Part shown: piece after piece, positions 58,471 to 64,000 of the stretch
How the letters are laid out: every line of letters starts with the position of its first letter
Position numbering within the stretch: the stretch's first letter is position 1
Source of the DNA: an uncultured Acidimicrobiales bacterium
Lineage (GTDB): Bacteria > Actinomycetota > Acidimicrobiia > Acidimicrobiales > SHLQ01
Reading direction: 5' to 3'
Assembly: GCA_937922235.1 (NCBI GenBank)
Contig: CAKZVC010000027.1
Span: forward strand, 11,968 to 75,967
DNA length: 64,000 nucleotides
The notes under the pieces: generated by a model
Databases searched by the model: none
Seen by the model: only the letters and a program-made list of their open reading frames with translations
What the model was told of the DNA's origin: nothing
Made by a program: the position numbers and the translations under genes

Positions 58471-59760
58471 CTAGCTCTTCCGCTCGACGCGAACCGTTCG
58501 GGTCGAGCGAACGTCGAGGGCCATTTCGTCTTCGGCCGCAACCGCACGCTTGAGGCGAACTGTTCCGGTCTTGGGATCATCGACATCGACGACCTTTTGC
58601 AACAGCCGAACGGTGCTGTCGTTGCCAGCTTCGTGAGCGATCTGCACGGCACGTCCGAGCTTGAGCGTGGCGCCCTTCTCGTCTCCCGCCTGACGGGCAG
58701 CAAGCCCGTCGTGAATCGCATCGGCGAGCTCGGCCTGGCCGGTGTAGTGGGCGACCTCACGGTTGATGCGGGTACTGAGCGCATCGTCGTTGGTCCAGAT
58801 CGCACGCACGAGCGCGACCGGCTCGGCCTCACCATTTACGGCGAGCATGACGCGAGCCGCCAGACGCTCATCGCCGACGCCTCCCGTCGGGATGGCGATG
58901 CGAACGTGATAGTCGCGGCTCTCTTCACCCGACCACGAACCCAACGGGTAGTCGCGTGAAAGCGCATCGACCGCTTCGCTCTTGCCGGTCATATCTTCGA
59001 GGTTCGGCGACACCTGCTTCACGAACTGGATCTCGGATCCCTTCGGTGTCCACAGACGAAGTGCCACGTTGGCGACCTGCTTCGCCATGGTCTTCTGGGT
59101 GAGCTCGCGAAATGCTTCTTCCATCTGCCCGGGGCTCGGGATGATGTCGGTTGTGCCGAGGAGAGCGTTCGAGATCTTGCGAAGCTCGTCTGGCTCCCAG
59201 CTAGTGCCGAGGCCACGACAGTCACACTCGAACAGGCCAACCGCGTCGGCGATCGCAGCATCGAGCTCCCACGGCTGTTCGTGTTCGTTGCGACCATCGG
59301 TGAGCAGAATCACGTGGGCGATCGAGTTCTGATGCCCTTGGATTAGTTGCGTTGCGCCTCGAAGCCATGAGCCAATGGCCGTGCCGCCATCTGCGTAGAT
59401 TCGACCTGCCGCTTCTTTGGCTTCGTTGATCGTGCGGGCATCGGCAACGGCAAGGCCGCCGCTGGTCGGGTAGAGCGCCCGTGCCTGGTGGTTGCCGGCG
59501 ATGACTGCGAACAGCGTGCCGGGTTCGAGCACATCGAGCGCGGCGATCGTTGCGTCACGGGCGGCCCGGATCTTCGCACCGCCGTCCTCGTTCATCGAGC
59601 CCGACACATCCACCGCAATGACCTCGACGATCGGCACGTTCGCGGCTGTCTGCACGCCGGCCTGATCTTCCGATGACGTCACGGTAACGACCGCGTCGAC
59701 GACGTTGCCGCCCTCGGGGAGGTACTCGTTCTGGAATACGTTTGCGCTGAACTGCGTCAC
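58471..59760 (-). CDS. von Willebrand factor A domain protein
   Basis: MIDAS DVSGSM...T...D pattern with a helical C-terminal extension. 429 aa. Confidence 0.8.
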   Translation of the reverse strand: MTQFSANVFQNEYLPEGGNVVDAVVTVTSSEDQAGVQTAANVPIVEVIAVDVSGSMNEDGGAKIRAARDATIAALDVLEPGTLFAVIAGNHQARALYPTSGGLAVADARTINEAKEAAGRIYADGGTAIGSWLRGATQLIQGHQNSIAHVILLTDGRNEHEQPWELDAAIADAVGLFECDCRGLGTSWEPDELRKISNALLGTTDIIPSPGQMEEAFRELTQKTMAKQVANVALRLWTPKGSEIQFVKQVSPNLEDMTGKSEAVDALSRDYPLGSWSGEESRDYHVRIAIPTGGVGDERLAARVMLAVNGEAEPVALVRAIWTNDDALSTRINREVAHYTGQAELADAIHDGLAARQAGDEKGATLKLGRAVQIAHEAGNDSTVRLLQKVVDVDDPKTGTVRLKRAVAAEDEMALDVRSTRTVRVERKS

Positions 59761-59772
59761 GTCAGGCTCCTT

Positions 59773-60846
59773 CTACTCAGGCTTTTCTGTTGGGACGATC
59801 ACGACCGTGGTGTTGTCGTGCCCTCCCTGTTCGTTTGCGAATGCGACAAGTGCTTGGGCGAGCTCGACTCCGGCGAGTCCGGGCTGCGCGCTCCGGAGAC
59901 GGTTGAGGAGCTCAGCCAGTTGGTCCTCTTCCGGCACGTACTTCCACAGCCCGTCGGAACACCCGAGAAGCTGACCGCCTGCGTCGTGTTCGACCATCGA
60001 GATGCTGGGTGTGGCGTCGGTGGCATCAGCGCCGAGCCAGCGGGTGATGCTGTTCTCGAAGACGTCATCGGTCGTGAGCTGGGTGACGGTGAGTGCGCCA
60101 TCGACTTCGTGAATCCAGTAGGCCCGGCTATCTCCGAGCCATGCGTGCCAGGTGCGCACGATCGATGGGTCGCTTGGGTCTGGGGCTAGGACCGACGCCA
60201 CGATCGTGGTGGAGGCTGGGCCGTCTGAGCCGGCTCCGGTTGGGACAGACGCCGCAGCTTCTTGAGCGGCGGCGACCGCCGTAACCAGTGCGGCTTCGAT
60301 GTCGGTGTTTCCACCGTCGAGTGTTTCTTGCAAGCTGTCGCGGGCTGCCGTAGCGGCAGCCAACGAAGCGTCTTGAGGGTCGTTGGTGGTCGATACGCCG
60401 TCGCACACGATCGAGATCACGCGGTCACCGGATTGACCAATGGCATAGGCATCTTCGTTCTGATGGTGACGAAGACCGCGATCGCTCGCGGCGGCGATGG
60501 CGCCGAGCATCTCGTTCTGATGGTCGCGTTCGCCCGGTTGCTTCCGGCCGCAGTTCCCGCAGTAGCCCTCGACAATGTCCTCATGCGCTGCGCCGCAATC
60601 GATGCAGGGAGGGCCCGATAGCGCCGCATGCTCGCCAGCGAAGTCGGCCCCACAGGCCTCGCACCACGAGGCGCCAGGAGCTCCGAGCTCACCGCAGGCA
60701 GGACAGGTTTGCGACTCGGTCACCTCAACTGTCGGCATGACGACTGCCTCGGCCACACCGCTTTCTGCTTCAAATGCTTCGGAGACAGGAATCGACTCGG
60801 ACGCTTCGCTCGGTTCGGCGGCTTCGGGGGTGGGGGTGTCAGACAT
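59773..60846 (-). CDS. PP2C-family Ser/Thr phosphatase with two N-terminal zinc ribbons
   Basis: CPACG...CEACG and CIDCG...CGNCG, then RGLRHHQNEDAY...CDGVS...GGHDNTTVVIV. Confidence 0.85.
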   Translation of the reverse strand: MSDTPTPEAAEPSEASESIPVSEAFEAESGVAEAVVMPTVEVTESQTCPACGELGAPGASWCEACGADFAGEHAALSGPPCIDCGAAHEDIVEGYCGNCGRKQPGERDHQNEMLGAIAAASDRGLRHHQNEDAYAIGQSGDRVISIVCDGVSTTNDPQDASLAAATAARDSLQETLDGGNTDIEAALVTAVAAAQEAAASVPTGAGSDGPASTTIVASVLAPDPSDPSIVRTWHAWLGDSRAYWIHEVDGALTVTQLTTDDVFENSITRWLGADATDATPSISMVEHDAGGQLLGCSDGLWKYVPEEDQLAELLNRLRSAQPGLAGVELAQALVAFANEQGGHDNTTVVIVPTEKPE

Positions 60847-60851
60847 AGGGC

Positions 60852-63431
60852 TCAGAAGAGTGACGGCACGCGGACCTGGTTGGCTTTATCAACAAGTTCG
60901 AATCGCTCTTCGGCGGTTTCAGCGATCCGAGCCAAATCTCGGTAGGTCTCTTCGAGGCTTCGGCGAAGTCCCTTTGCCGTGAGTGGATTGCCAAAGACCT
61001 GTGAATTCTCATCTTCAGGCATGGCTCCCGATTCGATGCCCCGAAGCGCTCCTTCGAGCACTTCTGCGGCGAGCTTCGCGCGGGCTGCACCGTCGATGCG
61101 GGCAGCCTCGATCGTGGCCGATGCAGCCTCTACGTCGGCGGCGTTCGGTGCGGCGTCATCGGCAGTACCAACGAGCACTCGGGCCGACGCAACCTGCGCT
61201 TCGGTGTAGGTAGCCGAGCTTGGCGGAACTGCCCGGTAGGCGTCGACGGCGCCCTTACGGTCGCCTGAGGCGGCACGGCACCGGGCCAGGCCGAATGCAG
61301 CCGATACATAGCCCGAATCGACACCGATGACTTCGGCATACAGGTCGGCGGCGCGTCCGTATTCGCCAGCCAGTTCGGCTGACAGCGCAACGCCGAGCTT
61401 CGGTGCCAGCTCACCCGGCACTTCGGTCCATACCTGACTGAACCCTTCGGCGGCTGATGAGGCCGCCTCGGGCGTCTCGTGGCGCAGCTTCTCGAGCGAT
61501 CGGTACCAGGTGACCCGCCAGTCCCAGGGGTCGAAGTGTTCGACGGCTCGAAGCACATCGTTTGGTGCGCCGCCCGAGTCGATGAGCTCGCGAGCTCGCC
61601 GAAGTCGAACCTCGACCGAGTCGGGTGCGGTTCCTGCGGTGAGACCTTCGTCGATCAGACGAATGGTCGCAGCGGGGTCGAGCTCGGGAAGGTCGTAGAG
61701 GAAGGCTGCGCCAGGATCTTCTGGCGAGACCTTTGGCGTTGGCAACGCCCGCCAGTCAGCGTCGTGGATCGTGTCGTCTTCGAGCATGATGCCGGCCAAG
61801 CGGTCGCCGCCGAAGAGCGCGCTCGTGGTTGGTCGGGGCGAGCGTTGGCTGATCGCCACGATCTCGCGAAGCACCCCGAGGAGCTGGTCGCCCATCTCGT
61901 CGGCGGACTGGAATCGGTCGTCGGGGTGGGTGGCGGTCGACTTGAGAAGGAACCGGTAGAACGATTCCCATTCGTCGAAAAGCGGTTCGTCGGCCGGAGA
62001 TGGCAGGCCGTACTGGAATTCGCCTTGATGGAACACGAAGTTGAGACAGAGGACCGCGAGCGTTCGTCCTACGGTGAACAAGTCGGACGAGATCGAGGGT
62101 CCCATCTCGGCTACCTCGGGGGCCTGGAAGCCCTGGGTGCCGAAGATTGCGGCCGAGTTGTCGTTCGCCTGCATCACGCCGCCAACGTCGATCAGCTTTA
62201 CGCCGTCGCCAACCGCCATCATGTTGGCCGGCTTCAAATCGTTGTACACCAAGCCCTGACCATGCAGGTATCCCAACGCGGGAAGGACACCGAGGATGTA
62301 CGAGATCGCTTCGGTGACGGGCAGCGGGTCTGGCCTTCCGCCGTTGGCCTTGCGTCGGTCTTTGAGCTTGGAGACGAGCGATTCGCCGCCCACGTACTCC
62401 ATGACGATGTAGCCGGCGCCGTCCCAGGTCACGAAGTTGTAGATGTTGACGATGCTTCCGTGCTCGATCTGGGCGAGGAACTGGCGCTCGGCAACCGCAG
62501 AGGCAACGGCGTCTTCGTCGTCTTCGTTGAGGAGCCCTTTGAGCACAACCCAGCGGTTCGATACCGCGGTGTCTTGTCCGAGGTAGATCCAGCCCATACC
62601 GCCGTGGGCAATCGGGCCAAGGATCTTGTACTGACCGCCAACGAGCTCACCGGCCTTGAGCTTGGGAGCGTTGGTGGTGAAGTCGAATCGGGTTCGGCAG
62701 TTGTTGCAGAAGCCTTTCACCCGCCCCTCGACGTCGTTGTGTGAGCGTCCGACTTCTTGCTGGCACGACGAGCAGAACCGTTCTTCCTCCGGCGTTTCAC
62801 CAAGGACGCTTTCGATCTTCTCTTCTGACATGACTGCCAAGGTCGGGTCGCCCGCGGTCGTGGGCGCAATGTGCACCAACCCCGCACCCAGCTCGGCGCG
62901 GCTCGAGGTGCTCCGCATCGTTCGGGTTCGTCGACTGTCGCCCCCGCCAACGACACGGGTCGCCGTTGTGGGCGAAACTGGGACGGCGATCGTTGCCGTT
63001 GCGGTTGACGACGACTCGCTCCCCTTCGACACCGGCCCAGAGGCCTTGGCCGAAGGCGGGCCCGAGGTCGTTGGCGCAGTACGAGCGGTTGGCTGCATAC
63101 CGCACGTGTCGCAGTAACCATCGCCCGCGACCGTGCCGTCGCAGCCGAGTTCGGTGCAGCTCGCTCCCGATGCCGCTGATGAGGCAGGCGCTACCTTCGC
63201 AAACGATGCTGCCGGCGGCGGTGGCGATGGCGAACCAATCCGTCCACCCTGACGCCCCGGAGGAGGAGGCATCTTGCTTTGCGTCTGCGCCCCGCGAGGT
63301 GGCGGGGGCGGGGTTGCTTGAGGCGTTGGCGTGTGCGTTGCCGGGATGTGTTTGCCCGCGTACCCGCACGTGTTGCAGTAGCCGTCGGGCGCAATGCTTC
63401 CGTCGCATCCCAATTGCGTGCACGCATTCAT
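60852..63431 (-). CDS. Ser/Thr protein kinase with N-terminal zinc ribbons, Pro-rich linkers and C-terminal TPR-like region
   Basis: Two near-identical ribbons CT(Q/E)LGCDG..A.DGYC(N/D)TCG plus CSSC...CNNC. Kinase core (GGMGWIYLG, VVLK, YNDLKPAN, DVG). Helical-repeat C-terminus. Confidence 0.85.
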   Translation of the reverse strand: MNACTQLGCDGSIAPDGYCNTCGYAGKHIPATHTPTPQATPPPPPRGAQTQSKMPPPPGRQGGRIGSPSPPPPAASFAKVAPASSAASGASCTELGCDGTVAGDGYCDTCGMQPTARTAPTTSGPPSAKASGPVSKGSESSSTATATIAVPVSPTTATRVVGGGDSRRTRTMRSTSSRAELGAGLVHIAPTTAGDPTLAVMSEEKIESVLGETPEEERFCSSCQQEVGRSHNDVEGRVKGFCNNCRTRFDFTTNAPKLKAGELVGGQYKILGPIAHGGMGWIYLGQDTAVSNRWVVLKGLLNEDDEDAVASAVAERQFLAQIEHGSIVNIYNFVTWDGAGYIVMEYVGGESLVSKLKDRRKANGGRPDPLPVTEAISYILGVLPALGYLHGQGLVYNDLKPANMMAVGDGVKLIDVGGVMQANDNSAAIFGTQGFQAPEVAEMGPSISSDLFTVGRTLAVLCLNFVFHQGEFQYGLPSPADEPLFDEWESFYRFLLKSTATHPDDRFQSADEMGDQLLGVLREIVAISQRSPRPTTSALFGGDRLAGIMLEDDTIHDADWRALPTPKVSPEDPGAAFLYDLPELDPAATIRLIDEGLTAGTAPDSVEVRLRRARELIDSGGAPNDVLRAVEHFDPWDWRVTWYRSLEKLRHETPEAASSAAEGFSQVWTEVPGELAPKLGVALSAELAGEYGRAADLYAEVIGVDSGYVSAAFGLARCRAASGDRKGAVDAYRAVPPSSATYTEAQVASARVLVGTADDAAPNAADVEAASATIEAARIDGAARAKLAAEVLEGALRGIESGAMPEDENSQVFGNPLTAKGLRRSLEETYRDLARIAETAEERFELVDKANQVRVPSLF

Positions 63432-64000
63432 GACTGCCCACCATAGGTCGCGAGCTGGGCTGCGAACTTATCGATCAGCTCCAACGCTCGCCCAAGATCG
63501 GTCGGACTCGTGTGGAGTTCGTCGTGGGCAAGCTGGCCAATTGCGGCGATTTCGGCTGGCAAGCCACCGGACATATCCGCCTTCACCCGATACGCCTGCA
63601 GGCGGCCACGCAGCTCGTTGCGTTGATGAATCGGTGACGTGTTCACGTCGAGTGCTTTGGTGAGTTGCTCGCGCAGACGGGTGGCCGAGTGATGCCACGT
63701 GTCGAGGTCGCGTCGGGCCTCTTGCCACTCGCGGGTTCCCGAGGTGGCGTCACCAACAATCTGGGCCGCACGATGAGCGAGTCCGTTCTGGCCATCGATC
63801 ACCGAGGTTCCGGGCACGCGAATGAGGCCCTTGGGCGGAATGACCTTGGCCTCAGCTTCGGAATACGCTGCCGCGGCCCGAGCTCGAAGGACTCGCAAGT
63901 CGGCAAGGACCCGATCGGTTCCTTCCAGGTCAGAGTCGAGGCTGCTGTGTGCCGATTCGAGCTTGCCAGCGGCGGCCGCGGCAGCCGCCACCAAGTCATC
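63428..64000 (-). CDS. Coiled-coil protein of unknown function, probably partial (continues beyond the right edge)
   Basis: ATGA overlap with the kinase start. The frame is still open at position 64000. The track start at 63994 is only a TTG. Confidence 0.5.
   Translation of the reverse strand, partial: DDLVAAAAAAAGKLESAHSSLDSDLEGTDRVLADLRVLRARAAAAYSEAEAKVIPPKGLIRVPGTSVIDGQNGLAHRAAQIVGDATSGTREWQEARRDLDTWHHSATRLREQLTKALDVNTSPIHQRNELRGRLQAYRVKADMSGGLPAEIAAIGQLAHDELHTSPTDLGRALELIDKFAAQLATYGGQS

Overview
High-GC (spot counts about 62-65% G+C) actinobacterial-type chromosomal segment, densely coding on both strands. No rRNA, tRNA or CRISPR array was seen.

Recognisable content:
- A form-I Mo-Cu CO dehydrogenase operon, coxM-coxS-coxL-xdhC/YHS-coxG. 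It continues into five tandem small single-pass membrane paralogs.
- A separate cox maturation cluster about 10 kb away (MocA-like, XdhC, MoxR/CoxD, VWA/CoxE).
- A MarR / B12-mutase (ICM-like) / MeaB / thiolase operon coupled to an M64-like RTX metalloprotease.
- gatCAB, ligA and a PASTA Ser/Thr kinase.
- A P450, a decayed carotenoid oxygenase, beta-oxidation enzymes, a MATE pump, a LysR regulator and an ECF sigma module.

Most unusual features:
1. A lower-GC ~4.1 kb islet (12.7-17.1 kb) with two overlapping large ORFs of no recognisable family. It sits in the 3' end of the last cox-operon gene and is bounded by ~155-bp direct repeats.
2. An HNH/DUF222 gene framed by 86-bp structured inverted repeats, with a third solo copy 17 kb away.
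3. A zinc-ribbon-linked FHA / vWA / PP2C / STK-TPR cluster at the right edge.
4. A secreted protein whose mature N-terminus looks TIMP/NTR-like.
5. An uncharacterised three-gene operon running off the left edge.

All functional calls are by-eye motif recognition. No searches were run.
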